The notes under the pieces are model-generated. The model was not told where the DNA came from and did no database searches. It saw only the letters and a list, made by a program, of their open reading frames with translations. The position numbers were made by a program, and so were the translations under genes. From Mustelus asterias (lineage: Eukaryota), in the NCBI RefSeq assembly GCF_964213995.1, contig NC_135808.1, forward strand, positions 23,002,001 to 23,066,000: a stretch of DNA of 64,000 nucleotides. The letters run 5' to 3'. Below, piece by piece: positions 36,618 to 50,600 of this stretch (position 1 is the stretch's first letter; each line of letters starts with the position of its first letter).

Positions 36618-37384
36618 CCTCTCGGCCTCTCTCTCTCGCTCTCAGTCTGTCTGTATGACTCTTTCTCTGTATCTACCCGAACAGGCAGCTCGGGGATTTT
36701 CACAGTAATTTAATTGCAATGTTAATGTAAGCCTACTTGTGACACCAATAAATTAACTTATAATTATAAATTGCTTTCTCTTTCTCTCTTTTTCTCTCTC
36801 ACTCTTTCTCTCACTCTCCTTTCTCTCACTCTCTCTCTCCATCTTTATCTCTCCATATCTCATGCACTGATTCTGTCTGATGACAAACAGTATTTTTAAT
36901 GCCTCTCCTTCCTTTGACAGCTTCTGATAAAGGGGATTCCACAACCAGCTCCTCCACAGGTTCCTGAGATATGAATTCTGTTGATAAATATTGGGAGCTG
37001 ATCCTTCTACCTGGGATATTCCCGCTGGATTTAGCTGTACAATCTGGTGGGTGGGCTGTGAGCTCAGTGTCTGTCTCTCGCTGTATCGTCACTAAAGAGC
37101 AGCTCATCCAATCCAACACTGAGCTTTGAGACTGGCCTTCTGGAGACGGCTGCTTCTGTACAGTCTGAGGGTGGAGACATTGTGGGTGTTGAGGTGTCGA
37201 GACACCCGGAAACATCTCACCCTGGACAGCCTCCGCTAAGCTGCTCAATTTCCTTAGGAAGTCGGAATTCCCAAGAGTTTTCCCTGAAGTTGGTCACTGA
37301 GCTGTGTCACTCCCACAGGATTTAACATTTAACGTTTTGTGATGGGTTTGATCGTTTTCTGGATGTTTGGGAAGCGGAGTGAAT

Positions 37385-37795
37385 CTTAGGGGTTTAGCTG
37401 GTGTTTGGAGGTCTGATGGGTTTAGCTGGTGTTTGGGGCTCTGATGGGTTTAGCTGGAGTTTGGGGGTCTGATGGGTTTAGCTGGTGTTTGGGGCTCTGA
37501 TGGGTTTAGCCGGTGTTTGGGGATCTGATGGGTTTAGCTGTGTTTGGGGCTCTGATGGGTTTAGCTGGTGTTTGGGGTCTGATAGGTTTTGCTGGTGTTT
37601 GGGAGTCTGACGTGTTTTGCTGGTGTTGGGGCTCTGATGGGTTCAGCTGGTGTTTGGGGGTCTGATGGATTTTGCTGGTTTTTGGGGCTCTGATGGGTTT
37701 TGCTGGTGTTTGGGGGTCTGATGGGATTAGCTGGTGTTTGGGGGTCTGATGGGATTAGCTGGTGTTTGGAGCTCTGATGGGTTTAGCTAGTGTTG
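37385..37795. repeat. 27-28-bp minisatellite downstream of gene B
   Basis: ctgatgggtttagctggtgtttgggg units. Confidence 0.9.
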
Positions 37796-40639
37796 TGTGG
37801 GTGGAAAGTTGAATTTAATAAAATTTATGTTTGACAGCAAGCTCATTCAGCCCATCATGTCCCTGCCTGTTAATGAAGAGCTCTCCAGCCTAATCTCACC
37901 TTCCTGTACTCGGTCTGCAGCTCTGTAGATCACAGCTCTTCAACTCGACATCCAAGAATTGATTCAATGTGGTGAGAGTTTCTGCCTCTACCATCCTTTC
38001 AGACAGAGAGTCCCGGGTCCCTCCCACCATCTGGGTGAAAAACCCTTTCCTCATTTCCCACTGATCATTCTAACAATTACTTTAAACCTGTGTCCTCTGG
38101 TTTTTGATCCTCTGCTAAGGTAAATGTGTCATCTCTATTTACCATGGCTCCTCATAATTATATCCACTCCAATTAAATCTCCCCTCGGCCTCCTCTATTC
38201 TACAGAATCCTATTCCAGCCTATCCGCTCTTTCCTCACAGTGAACATTCTCCAGTCCTGTCCACATTAAACAATCTCCTCTGCATTCTCTCCAACACAAT
38301 CACATCTTTTGTGTAATGTGCTGACCAGACTGTCTGCAATGCTTCAGCTGTCGTCTATCTGGTGTTGTTTGCAGTTCCAGCAAAACTACTCTGTTCTGTG
38401 CCTTGGCTAATAAAGGAAGGCATGTAATATACCTTCTTAACTACATTATCAACCTGTCCTGACACCTTTCCCAATCTGTGGACACGCACTCCTGGGTCCC
38501 TCTGTTCCTCCACATTCGTCATTATCCTCCCATTTATTGGGGATTCCCTTTGTTTTGTTAATCCTCCTGAAATCCATCACCTCTCACTGCTCCGGATTGA
38601 ATTCCATTTTCCACTGTTCTTCCCAACTGCCCAGACCATCTCCATCTTCCTGCAACCTGAAGCTTTCCTCCTCATTGTCACCCATACGGACAATTTTTCT
38701 AAATCTCTAAACTTCTTCATCATTCTCTCTCCATTTAAATCTAAATCATTCACCTGAACCACAAAACGCGAGGGAGTGAGAGCTGGGCCCCATGGATCCC
38801 CCACTGGTAACATCATTCCAGTCGCAATAAGCCCCTTAACCCTTTGCTTCCTGCCACTGAGCTAATTTGGGCTCTGATTTGTCATTGTCTCTTGGATCTC
38901 AATGTGTTTTTATATTTCTGACCAGCCTGCCATGTGGGACCTTGTCTAAAACATTAAAATCTATGTTGACCACATCCACCTCACTGTCCTCATCAACCCA
39001 TCCTTCTCACCTCTTCCAAATTTTCAGTTAGTTTAGCCTGAGATAACTTTCCTTGATTAATCTGTGCGTTTCTAAATGAAGGTTTATGCTGTTCCTCACA
39101 ATTGATTTCAATAATGTTCCCACCACCGAAGTTACACTAACTGGTGTATAATTACTCAGATTGCCCCTTCTTCCCTTTTCAATCCATGGTGTGATATTGA
39201 CAGTCCTTTAATCTTCTTCCACACTCATGTAGCCCGGGAGGAATGATTCTGATGGTCAGAGCCTCTGCAATTTCCTCCCTTGTTTCTTTTAACCCGGTGA
39301 TTCACCATCTTTCAAAGTTGTAAAATCCATTAATATGTAATCTCTTATGCAGTAATTCACACACTTCTTCCTTCATTGCAATGTCAGCATTGCTCCATGT
39401 TTCCCAAAGACAGGGGCAATGTATTTATTCACAACCTCACCACATTCCCCACCCTCTCACATGCACTTCTTATTGGGCGCCACAAGGCCTTACTCTTTCC
39501 TTATCCTTTTCTCTACATGTGCATCCTTGGAGGTTCTTTGTTTTTTCTTGGCAGCATTTTTATGCCTTTCTTTACTTTCCTGGTTTCCCTTTCAATTTCA
39601 CCCCTACTCTCTCTGTACTCTTCCAGGTTTCTGCAGTATTAGGCATGAGGGGTCTGACGGATCTTGCTGCTGGTATTTGTGGGGGTCAAGTGGATCTGCT
39701 GGGTTTTGTTGGGGGGTGTTCCAGCTCTGCTGGGTTTGCCTCCCTCGATAGTGATGTATTTCTTTCTCATCCCCAGTGTTCTCCAGTGCCCCAGGGACAC
39801 CAGTCCCCAAGATCAGCAGCAGGAGTGGATGAGAGAATCAGGAAGGATGTGATTTCATCAAGATGATAGCGACTGACTCATTTAGACACTACATATGTGA
39901 CGCTGTGTAAATGGAACTGTGACGATGGTTTGTCAGGAATTACTCTATCTGGAGCTGCACTTCTTAAGCTATTCTGATCTGCACTTGAAAGGCTATTATG
40001 ATCTGCCCTGTTTCTACAGACTCTCGGAATCTGTCTGGTTCACTCACTGCCAACTCAGTCACCTGTTACTGCAGTCTGTAACATTGCTGCAATTTCTACA
40101 ATAAATGTGATTTAGTTTTTCACTTCCTGCCTCTGTAAAGTCTTCAGTACAAAACTATCAATGGGGTAGGGTAACACCACTGCAATGGGGAACATTTTAA
40201 GACTTTTAAGAACAATTTACCAAAAATGCACATCAAGAGGAATTAATAGCAATAAATTAGCAGTAAACACATATTTTAAAAGGGAAGATGGTGCTTGTCA
40301 AAGCTCCGAGTATTCGTTGAGATGGTAACAGACATGGTGATGGGAAAATGTGATAGATATACTTATATGGACTTTAGAAAAAAGTTACCACATGGGGGTT
40401 TATTAGTTAAGATTAAACGAATACTTTGCACATCTCTTCAGCTGGATCACAATGTTCTTTTCCCATTCCAGCCTCTCATTCCAGATTAAGACCTGGAAGA
40501 TGCAGGAAGGTGACAACAAGTAACTTTCGTGGTCCTGTCCAGTTCCACCTCCCCAATCAGTAATTCCTGATTTTAATAACCCACCACACATCCAGGTGCG
40601 TGACACATGTCCATTACGTCCAGGTGGAGTTTGGGCTGT

Positions 40640-40925
40640 CGGCGGTGTAGAGGTATTGTCAGTGGACTAGGAATCCAGAGACACAGGAGAAAGCTCTGGG
40701 AACCTGGATTTGAATCCCACCAAGGCAGAGGGTGGAATTTGAACTCAATTAAAGAATAAAATCTGGAATTAAAAGTCGAATGATGACTATGAAGCCATTG
40801 TTGATTGCTGTAAAAACCTATCTTGTTTCATGTTCTTTAGGGAAGGAAATCTGCGGTCTCTATCTGGTCTGGCCTACAGACCCACAGCAATGTGGTTGAC
40901 CATTAAATGTCTTCTGAAATTACCC
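40640..40925 (+). mobile_element. SINE of a second family (possibly SacSINE1/DeuSINE-like)
   Basis: ggtattgtcagtggactaggaatccagag head, B-box-like ggatttgaatccc; reverse fragment at about 33690-33890. Confidence 0.5.
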
Positions 40926-41149
40926 AGCAGGATCAAGGTGGAGGCCGTGCAATGTTCATGTTCCCAATTCTTCTGCATAACTGTAGCCTTGCCCAGACAG
41001 CCCACTGTATTGTTTATTTCTTAATATTCAGTGAAAGGAGCTAAGATGTATTTTAATTCTCCTTTAATGTTTTAAAGTATTAATTCATATTATTGAATTG
41101 ATGAATTCCAATTTTGTCTGCCCTTTCATGTTTCTCGAAATTAGTGCTA

Positions 41150-41455
41150 TGGGACGGCAAGGTGGCACAGTGAATGGCACTGCTGCCTCACAGCACCAGG
41201 GACCCGGCTTCTTTTTCCGGCTTGGATCATTGTGCAGAGTCTGTATGTTCTCCCTGTGAGTGCATGGGTTTCCTCCGGCTATCCGGTTTTCTTCCCACAG
41301 TCTGAAAGACAAGCTGGTAAAGTGTATTGGTCATGCTAAATTCTCCCTCAGTGTACCCTAACAGGCGCCAGAGTGTGGCGACCAGGGGGTTTTCATAGTA
41401 ACTTCATTGCAGTGTAAATGTAAGCCTATTTGTGACACTAATAAACAAACTTAAA
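41150..41455 (+). mobile_element. tRNA-derived SINE
   Basis: ggtggcacagtgaatggcactgctgcctcacagcaccagggaccc. Confidence 0.8.
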
Positions 41456-44163
41456 CGTAATTGGTTAGTGTGTTGACGTCAAGATCTCCCATTCCCAAGC
41501 ACTCTCGGGAAATAATAAACATCTTTGAAATATCAGAGCCTTTGTACCAAATCGGTGTCTGCAAATGTTTCCAAATTCTTGTCGCTGCTGGAAAAATTGT
41601 TACACTTTTCAGTACTGAACGCAATTGTCACCTGCGCGTGTGTGTGTTTCTAAAACCAACACAAAAGGCTCATCCTGCTCGGAGCTGAATGGGTTAATTC
41701 TAAATTAAAACACGTTTGGTGAAGGAATTCACTGTCACCGCGATTTCAAAAAGTGACTGGGTTACAATGTTCTCAGAGTAATGGCGGTTTCAGCAGAACA
41801 AAGATATTTCTTCAAGTCTTGTGGATTCACCATTTCAAACTGGATACTTCCGAATAAAAACCTTGGAGCAAAATGGATTCGAAGATAAAGTCCCAAATGT
41901 TCTCCAGGGTGATTTTTTAATGGAGATTTTAAACACAAGAATAATCCATCAACAATCACCTTAAATTCCGCTCCTCAATTCAAAATTTCACCGTCGAAAT
42001 TTAAGAAACGACTCTACTCTGACAGATGTGAATTTGTATCTGGATTAGAAATCCCACATGTTTCACCAGCTTCAACAGAGTTTCATTGTAGCCAGTAACA
42101 ACCTCCCAGTTTCAAAACTTTTAACTGTTCTCCCCCTTTAGACCTAACTATTTTCAGGAAAACATCAGAGTTGGAGCCGGTCTGAAGGAACAGCAACACA
42201 GAGCATTCACACAGCCTTTCCTCATTCACTAACAGGACGTTTACACACTCACATCTGTACACACAATTCTTTCTCACATCACTTCAAGTTTCACTCTGGA
42301 TCTTTTCAACATTAAAAACGTGTCTTTTAAAAGGGGATAAAATAAATTCCATCACATCTTTTTTCACTAATGTCTGTTGTTGAAATTAAGGGAAAATCGC
42401 GTTTCACAAATAACAGAAAAGGAAACATTGAAGATTGTTACATTGAAACAACAGAGGGCGGAGTTTCCAACAGAGTGTGTTTCAATTCCAAAACTTCTAC
42501 ACATTTTTTCAACGTAAAAAGTAAAACTTGTTTTATTTTCTCAATTCTGGGGACACAATCTGAATTTCCTTTCACTCACTCTAATTTCTATTTCACTTGA
42601 ATTTTCCTGTTTAATTTTTCCCACCCGGAAGCCGAGGATCCGCTTCAGTCACTGTTTTGATTTAAAACTTATTTTAACTTTCTCTCTTTCCGACAACAGT
42701 CAATCCCGCAGCTCATTTTCCATCATCTCAATGGCATTGCCCCAGGTCTGTCTCCCCGCGGTTACAATCCGGACAACAGCATCAAACTGCCTCAGTTCAC
42801 GCAGAATTTTCCAACTTCAACACGGACTTCACAGAACATCAACAACCGCGCCCGCGCCTTCCCCCCGTCTCTCTTTATTGGTTGTCTCAACACAACTCAA
42901 TCCGACAGTGCAGAAGGAGGCCATTCGGCCCATCGTCTGCACCACTTGCATCAACCCTCCGAAAGAGCATCTTGCATAAGAGGTGAGTTACTGGGGTTGG
43001 TGGCACAACGCCAGGGACCCTGCTTCGATTCCTTGTTTTGGTCACTGTTTGCACGGAGTCTGCATGTTCTCCTCGTATCTGCATGAGATTCTTCCGGGAG
43101 CTCCGGACGTGCTGGTTGGATGCACTGGCCATGCTATATTTCTCCCTCAGTGTACTCGAACAGACACTGGAGTGTGGCAACTGGAGGACTTTCACAGTAA
43201 CGTCATTACAGTATTAATATAACCCTATGTGTGATAGTAAAACATAAACTTAAAATTTAAACTATCCACAAAATTCCCAGCCTCTAACCCACTGTTGCAG
43301 CTACAGTGTTTATATGGCTGGTTCAGTTCAATTTCTGGTCACTGGTAATCCCCAGGATGTTCATAATCAGTCCTCAATGGTTTTCCACATATACTTCAAA
43401 TAGGACCCCTGGTTCTGGACTCCCCTGCCATCGGGAACATCCTTCCGCATCTAGCCTGTCTCTTCCTGTTAGAATTTTATAGGTTTTGATGAGATCCTCC
43501 TCATTCTTCTAAACTCCAGCGAACACAATCCTAACTGAGTCAATCTCTCCTCATTTCCACCGAGCTTTGTCGCTGCTGTAAATTTAGATACATTACACTT
43601 GGCCTCTTGGTCTGAGTCACGAATAAAGATTGTAAATGGCTGATTGTCCCAGCACTGATCCTAGTGTTGGCGAACTTGAAAATAGCCCATTTATGACAAA
43701 TCAATGTTTCTTGTCCATTAACCAATCCTCTGTTCTTGCAACAATATTAACCCCAACTCCTGAGCACTGACAAAGGACAAACAGATCAATTCAGTCTGCA
43801 GAGATGTGCTTTAGAGGATCGGCTCTTCACAATAAAGTATAAAGTTTGATAGCATGTAAAAACTTATTCCCTCGGGTTTAGAATGTTGAGGGGTGATCTG
43901 ATCCATATGTTTATAATGTTAAAATGATTCAGCAGTGTGAAATCCACATCCAGTCTCTGCACAAAAAAATGTGAACAATTGGAGCTTTCAAATGTAAGAG
44001 TGATAGATTTTTATTGGGGAATAATTTTATTGGGTAATAATATTATAGTCAGAAGCTGGGGTTGAGATCAGCAGTGATCTAATTGAATGGTTAGCTCAGA
44101 TCTGCTGCTCTTCTTCATGTCCTTCCCTTTGTCACTGTATTAAACTCCTTTTGGCTTATTCTA

Positions 44164-44580
44164 CCCGGCAACTGATGATGTTAGAATCATAGAATGAGCC
44201 CATTCAAGTCAGCACCAAATCTCAGACAGAGCATCTTTACCCAGGCCCCATCCCTGTTACCCTACATATTTACCATGGCTAATCCCCTATCACACACATC
44301 TTTAGACAGTAAGGGGCAATTTAGCTTGGCCTGTCCATCTAACCTGCACATCTTTGGCGTGCAGGAGGAAGCAGGAGTACCAGGAGGATACCCACACAGG
44401 GAGAATGTACAAACTCCACACAGACAGTCACCCAAGGCTGAAATTGACCCTGGGTCCCTGGCGCTGTGAGGCAGCAGTGCTAACCACTGAGCAAACATAA
44501 TATAACCAGTTGTATTTACCTGATTGGAGAATTCTGAATATTGAGGAAGTTTGCCAACCTGTTTTGTGTCTAATCAGATT
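44164..44580 (+). promoter_or_regulatory. Disrupted promoter modules of gene C
   Basis: Distal X (44164-44177) is separated from Y (44520-44527) by a SINE; the proximal X-Y is deleted at about 44565. Confidence 0.65.
44184..44498 (-). mobile_element. tRNA-derived SINE inserted in the gene C promoter
   Basis: Reverse of cagtggttagcactgctgcctcacagcgccagggaccc; absent at the homologous gene B site. Confidence 0.85.
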
Positions 44581-44672
44581 GCGGCTTCGTGTGAACAGAA
44601 AAAGACAGAAGGAACAAGTTGAGAAGATCCCCTTTCTTTGGAAAAGAGTTTCCTCCAAAGGTTTCTCCCAAC

Positions 44673-47600
44673 ATGAGGGAAGCAGCAATGATTGGACTGA
44701 TAGAGCTGGTCCTTCTGTGTGGAGAGGTGTCTGCAGGTGAGTGATGGGGTGTGAGAGGGGCAATGCCAGGCTGGGTACTGGGGCATTAACCCTGGGTCAG
44801 TGAGTGATGGGGTGCGAGAGGGGCAATGTCAAGCTCGGTGGAGCTCTTGCTCTCAGTTTAGAATTCACATTTTGGGATTCATACCCTGGTGTTTCACTAT
44901 GTGTGACAGTGGGTGTTTTGGGGTTCATGGCTTGATGTCTCTCTCTGTGGTGTTGATATTTTGGGTTTGTACCTCAATTTCTGTGTGTGTGTGTGTGTAT
45001 GTATGTTTTGGTGTTTGGGGGTTCACACCCTGATGTCTCTCTCTCTGGGTGTTGGTGTTTTGGGGTTCACACCCTGATGTCTCTCTCTCTCTGGGTGTTG
45101 GTGTTTTGGGGTTCACACCCTGATGTTTCTCTCTCTCTCTGGGTGTTGGTGTTTTGTGTTTCTTACCCTGAGGTCTCTCTCTCTCTGGGTGTCGGTAGGG
45201 TTCATACCCTGATGTATCTCTCTCTGTGGGTTGACGTGCCTTCAAGGAAGGTTTTTATATCATGTTTCTTGTGAAGGGAATGTTTTAAACTCAGCACTGA
45301 GCACCGTGCTGATTTGTTTGCAACCTGCAGTCTACCTGATGAGAACGCAGTAGCATAATTAATCCTAGATAATGGGTTGTTTTGTTTATCGTCTGGGTTG
45401 TCCCCTGGGGTTTCAGAGTCGGGTTTGATTCGATTGATTTACAAGAGGAAGTCATCTGCTAATGGAAGAAGCTATTCTTACAGAGAAACAAAGCAGGCAG
45501 TTATCTGCTTCGGTCTGTCATCAGCAAGAAGTGTTATTCTCTCTCACTCTCTCTCTTTTAGGATTATAGTTTGGGACCTGTTTGAAAATAGGTCTCTCTC
45601 CATATTTGTTCTGGGGCTTAAGGACTAGCAGTCGCTGACCAGCACATAAGCCTGTTGTTTGCTAACTGATGTTAAAGATGAGTTTACGTCTCTGAGGAAT
45701 ATTGCTTAAATTGGGACTAATACAGATAGACAAGCAGCAAAGAATTTGATCTTGTCTTGTTTCAGTATTTAAGTTGGTAAGATATACATCAATTCTTTTT
45801 GTTCTTGTTTAAACTGTTTTGTTCATTTTTTTAAAGCTTCCCATTGGGTCAATAGAATCACAGCTGGAGTGATTCACTTCATCCTCACACTCATGCCAAA
45901 ATAAAAATAAAAATGTGGGTCTAGTCTAACTTCATAATATAACTTGGAGTTTGAGGTCTGGTCCCTAAAAAAATTTAGGGAGTGACCGAGATCAGAGTTG
46001 AGAATTCCTTGTTCAGCTTAGGATTACTGAACTCAAAGTCAGTGAGTGTTGAGTTTTTGTGTGTTCTCTTGAGGTGAATGCCGTATGGAATAAATGGTTC
46101 TTTTACTGGCTGAGGTTTTCCTGGGTGTGGAAGAAGTGACTCAGGATGGTTTACAAAAAGTGGATAAAGCAAAACTTCTGGCATTGCCAAACAAGTTGCA
46201 GCTTTCAGTGATAGCTCGGCACTTAAAATTGCCAGAAACATTGGAATTGGCTTGAATTCAACTCCAAATCTCACAGCTTGAATTAGAGGCAAAGGAAAGA
46301 AAACACAATTGAAACTGTTGAAATTGCAATTAAAAGCAAATGAAAAAGAGTTGAGATAGTTTGAATTGTAATTTAAGGAAAAAGAAAGCGAGAGAGAATA
46401 GCCCTGGCAGAGCAAAACAAAGGGAAAAAGAATTAGAACTTCAGGAAGTGAAAAGGCAATTTGAACTTGAAATGTCTGAAAGGCAAATGTGTAAAACTGC
46501 GCGTGTATCAGGAAAAGGACAGATGATTTTGAATCAGTTTGTGAATCATATGTTGGCTTTCAACATCAGTTTCAGCCTGTGAGAGACAGAGAAATCCTCA
46601 GGTGGTAAAGGAGATGCCATTGGAGATCGTAAAGATAGTTTCCCTCAGGTAAATTCTTTCCACTAACTGAACTTCAACTTCTTTATCTTTACTTTGTGAT
46701 TTCCCCTCCTGGCCAACCTGTGGCTTTGTAAACTTGTTATCCCGCAGTCAGGAAAAAAACCCCAGGATATGCTTCCTGCATCACCTCAGCTGTCTGATTT
46801 TCCACTGGCTTTTCAACCACAGTAACCATCACTCCCACCTGTGATCCAGCTTTATCATTACCCAGGATAAACTGTATTCCTGGAAAAGATCATTTCCCTA
46901 TCACTCCAACCCCCACCACCACTTTCGCCAGAATCTCCAACCTTACACTTTATAATGGAACACTACTCTTTTCACAAGTAATTTCACTTATTTCCACATT
47001 TTTCCGGCAATACTCCTTCCAAACTACATATCTCCTCATCTTTCACCATCAAAGATTGACTTGATCCTGTACCTTTTAAAATCTGAGCTTCTTTACCTCC
47101 TCCTCCTGGTACACATAAGTAAACCTTACCCACATAAGTAAATTATTTAAAACGACTAAGCACTTGCTTATCAACCAATCCCTGACCAGGCTGGACACTT
47201 TTTCACCTGTTCAGCTTCAACTATGGTTTCCTTTATCAGTTAACAGACCCCAGATGGTTGAGCAAGAACATAAACTGTTGGAGGATGGAGGTCACTATTT
47301 TTAGTTCAGAAAGTTGTCAGAATTACAGCAGAAGGATATCGAAATAAAGCAATTGTATCAGAAAGCATATACAGAAGAAGAATCTGAGTGTATACCAGAG
47401 TGATACTACATTACAAATGATGAATTGATGAGATGCTGGAGATCATTACATATTCAGGCAGATGCATCAAAGTTATTCCGGGAAGTTGTGGATAGCTTAG
47501 GAGTAAAGCAATTTAAATCAACTCTGTACCATCCAGAATCGCAGGGAATATTGAAACGCGAGCGTCAAATTTTAAAGGCCATGTTGAGGACCTCCAGGCA

Positions 47601-50600
47601 AGATTATCCAGAGGATTAGGATAAAGGATGCACCTAATGAATTAACTAAATTCAGTCTATTTGAATTAAGTTTTGTCATGAGATAAGTGGACCACTTAAA
47701 TTCATCAAGGAAAAGTTGGTGAGTCAGCATTCTGGGACTATGTTGGACTATGTGTCAAACTTTATGGAGAGATTAACTAGGGCTGGGAAGTTCATGAGAC
47801 TGCAATTAAAGGTGGCACAGCATGTGAAGAAAAAAAGTGGACAAGAAAAGTTCCTCGTTTTGCTCGCAGGGATAAGGTGTTAGCATTATTAGCAGTGCTA
47901 GGTGAACATTTAACAGCTAGGTTTAGTGGGCCTTATCAAATAGGGTGGCATGGTGGCACAGTCGTTAGCACTGCTGCCTCACAATGTCAGGAACCGGAGT
48001 TCAATTCCAGCCTCAGGTGACTGTCTGAATGGAGTTTGCACTTTTTCCCGTGTCTGCGTGAGTTTCCTCTGGGTGCTCCGGTTTCCTCCCACAGTCCAAA
48101 GGTGTACAAGAGAGGTTGATTGTCCATAATAGCTTGTCCCCTTCGTGTCAGGGGGATTAGTGGGGTCGATGCAATGATGAGGTCGAGGTGGGATTGTTGT
48201 TGGTGCAGGCTCGATGGGCCAAGTGGCCTCCTTCTGCACTATAGGGCTTCAATGAAATTGAAAGAAAATTGAATAAGATGATTTTTAAAAATTCATTCAT
48301 AGGACATGGGCATGGCTGCTGGCCAGCATTTATTGCCCATACCTAGTTGCCCTTGAGAAGGTGATAGTGAGCTGCCTTCTTGAATCGCTGCAGTCTATGT
48401 GCTGTAGGTTGACCCACACTGCCATTAGAGAGGCAATTCCAGGATTTTGACACAGCGACTGTGAAGGAATGGCGATACATTTCCAAGTCACCATGGTGAG
48501 TAGCTTGGAGGGGAACTTGCAGGTGGTGGTGTTCCCATGTAACTGCTGCCCTTGTCCTTCGAGATGGATGTGGTTGTGGGTTTGGAAGGTGCTGTCAAGG
48601 ATATTTGGTGAATTGTTGCAGTGCATCTTGTAGATAGTACACACTATTGCTATTGAGCGTCAGTGGTGGAGAGAGTGGATGTTTGTGGATATGGTACCAA
48701 TCAAGTGGGCTGCTCTGTCCAGGATGGTGTCAAGCTTCTTGAGTGTTGCTGGACCTCATCCCATCCAGGCAAGTGGGGAGTATTCCATCATACTCCTGAT
48801 TTCTGCCTTGTAGATGGTGGGCAGACTTTGGGGAATCAAGAGGTGAGTTACTCGTCACAGTATTCCCAGCCTCTCACCGGCTCTTGTGTTTATGTGGCGA
48901 GTCCAGTTGAGTTTCTAGTCAATAGTAATGCCAAGGATGTTGACAGTGGGGGATTCAGTAATGGTAACACCATTGAATGTCAAGGGGTGGTTGTTAGAGT
49001 GTCTCTTATTCATGATGATAATTGCCTGACATTTGTGTTGCTCGAATGTTACTTGCCACTTGTCAGCCGAAGCTTGGATATTGTCCAGATCTTGTTGCAT
49101 TTGAACATGGACTGCTTCAGTATATGTGGAGTCATGAGTGGTACTGAAAATTGTGCAATCGTCAGCAAACATCCCCACTTCTGACCTGATGATGGGGGGA
49201 AGATCATTGATGAAGGAGTTGAAGATGGTTGGGCTGACGACACTACCCCAAGGGATTCATAAGAACATAAGAACCAGGAGCAGGAGTAGGCATCTGGCCC
49301 CTCGAGCCTGCTCTGCCATTCAATAAGATCATGGGTGATCTTCTCGTAGACTCAGCTCCACTTAGCCGCCAGCTCACCATAACCCTTAATTCCTTTACTG
49401 TTCAAAAATGTATCTATCCTTGCCTTAAAAACATTCAATGAGGTAGCCTCAACTGCTTCACTGAGCAGGGAATTCCACAGATTCAAACCCATTGTGTGAA
49501 GAAGTTCCTCCTCAATTCAGTCCGAAATCTGCTTCCCCTTATTTTGAGGCTATGCCCCCTCATTCTTGTTTCACCCGCCAGTGGAAAAAACTTCCCTGCT
49601 TCTATCTTATCTATTCCCTTCATAATCTTATATGTTTCCTTCAGATCTCCCCTCATTCTTCTGAATTCCAATGAGTATAGCCCCAGTCTACTCAGTCGCT
49701 CCTCAAAAGCCAACCCTCTCAACTCTGCAATCAACCCTAGTGAATCTCCTCTGCAACCCCTCCAGTGCCAATATATCCTTTCTCAAGTCAGGAGACCAAA
49801 ACTGTACACAGTACTCCAGGTGTGGCCTCACCAGCACCTTATACAGCTGCAACATCACCTCGCTGTTTTTCAACTCCAATAAAGGACAACATTCCATTTG
49901 CCTTATTAATTACCTGCTCCACCTACAAACCAACTCCTTGAAATTCTGCACAAGGACACCCAGGTCCCTCTGCACAGCAGCATGCTACAATTTTTTACCA
50001 TTTAAATAATAGTCCATTTTGCTGTTATTCCTACCAAAATGGATGACTTCCCATTTACCAACACTATACTCCATCTGCCAAACCCTCGCCCACTCACTTA
50101 GCCTATCTATATCCCTTTGCAGACTTTCAGCGTCCTCTGCACACTTTGCTCTGCCACTCATCTTAGTGTCATCTGTGAATTTTGACACACTACACTTAGT
50201 CCCCAACTCCAAATCATCTCTGTAAATTGTAAACAATTGCGGTCCCAACACTGAACCATGAGGCACACCACTAGTCACTGATCGCCAACCAGAAAAACAC
50301 CAATTTACCCTCACTCTTTGCTTTCTGTTAGTTAACCAATCCTCTATCCATGCTAGTACATTACCCGTAATACCGTGCACCTTTATCTTGTGTAGCAGTC
50401 TTTGGTGGGTCACCTTGTCAAATGCCTTCTGGAAATCCAGATACACCACGTCCACAGGTTCCCCATTGTTCATTCCTGCACAGATGTCCTGGAGCTGAGA
50501 TGACTGACCCTCCACAATCACATTCCTATGTGCCAGGTATGACTCCAACCAGCGGAGAGTTTGCCACCTGATACCCATTGATTTCAGTTTCGCTAGAGTT

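Larger units (their letters stand above)
25774..36967 (+). pseudogene. MHC class I gene B, probable pseudogene; exons 25774-25837, 26137-26397, 26731-27003, 27805-28067, 35455-35559, 36172-36204, 36921-36967
   Basis: Same exon structure as gene A, but alpha3 is 263 nt: a 1-nt deletion after 27966, plus TGA at 27974-27976 where the paralogs have CGG. The last exon lies beyond an assembly gap. Confidence 0.85.

Noticed and set aside
36188-36713. ORFs spanning poly-X
   Set aside because: Artefacts of the N gap
25774-36967. Calling gene B a classical UAA gene
   Set aside because: It lacks Y59 and T143 equivalents, is frameshifted, and shares leader, alpha3 and TM with clearly non-classical neighbours
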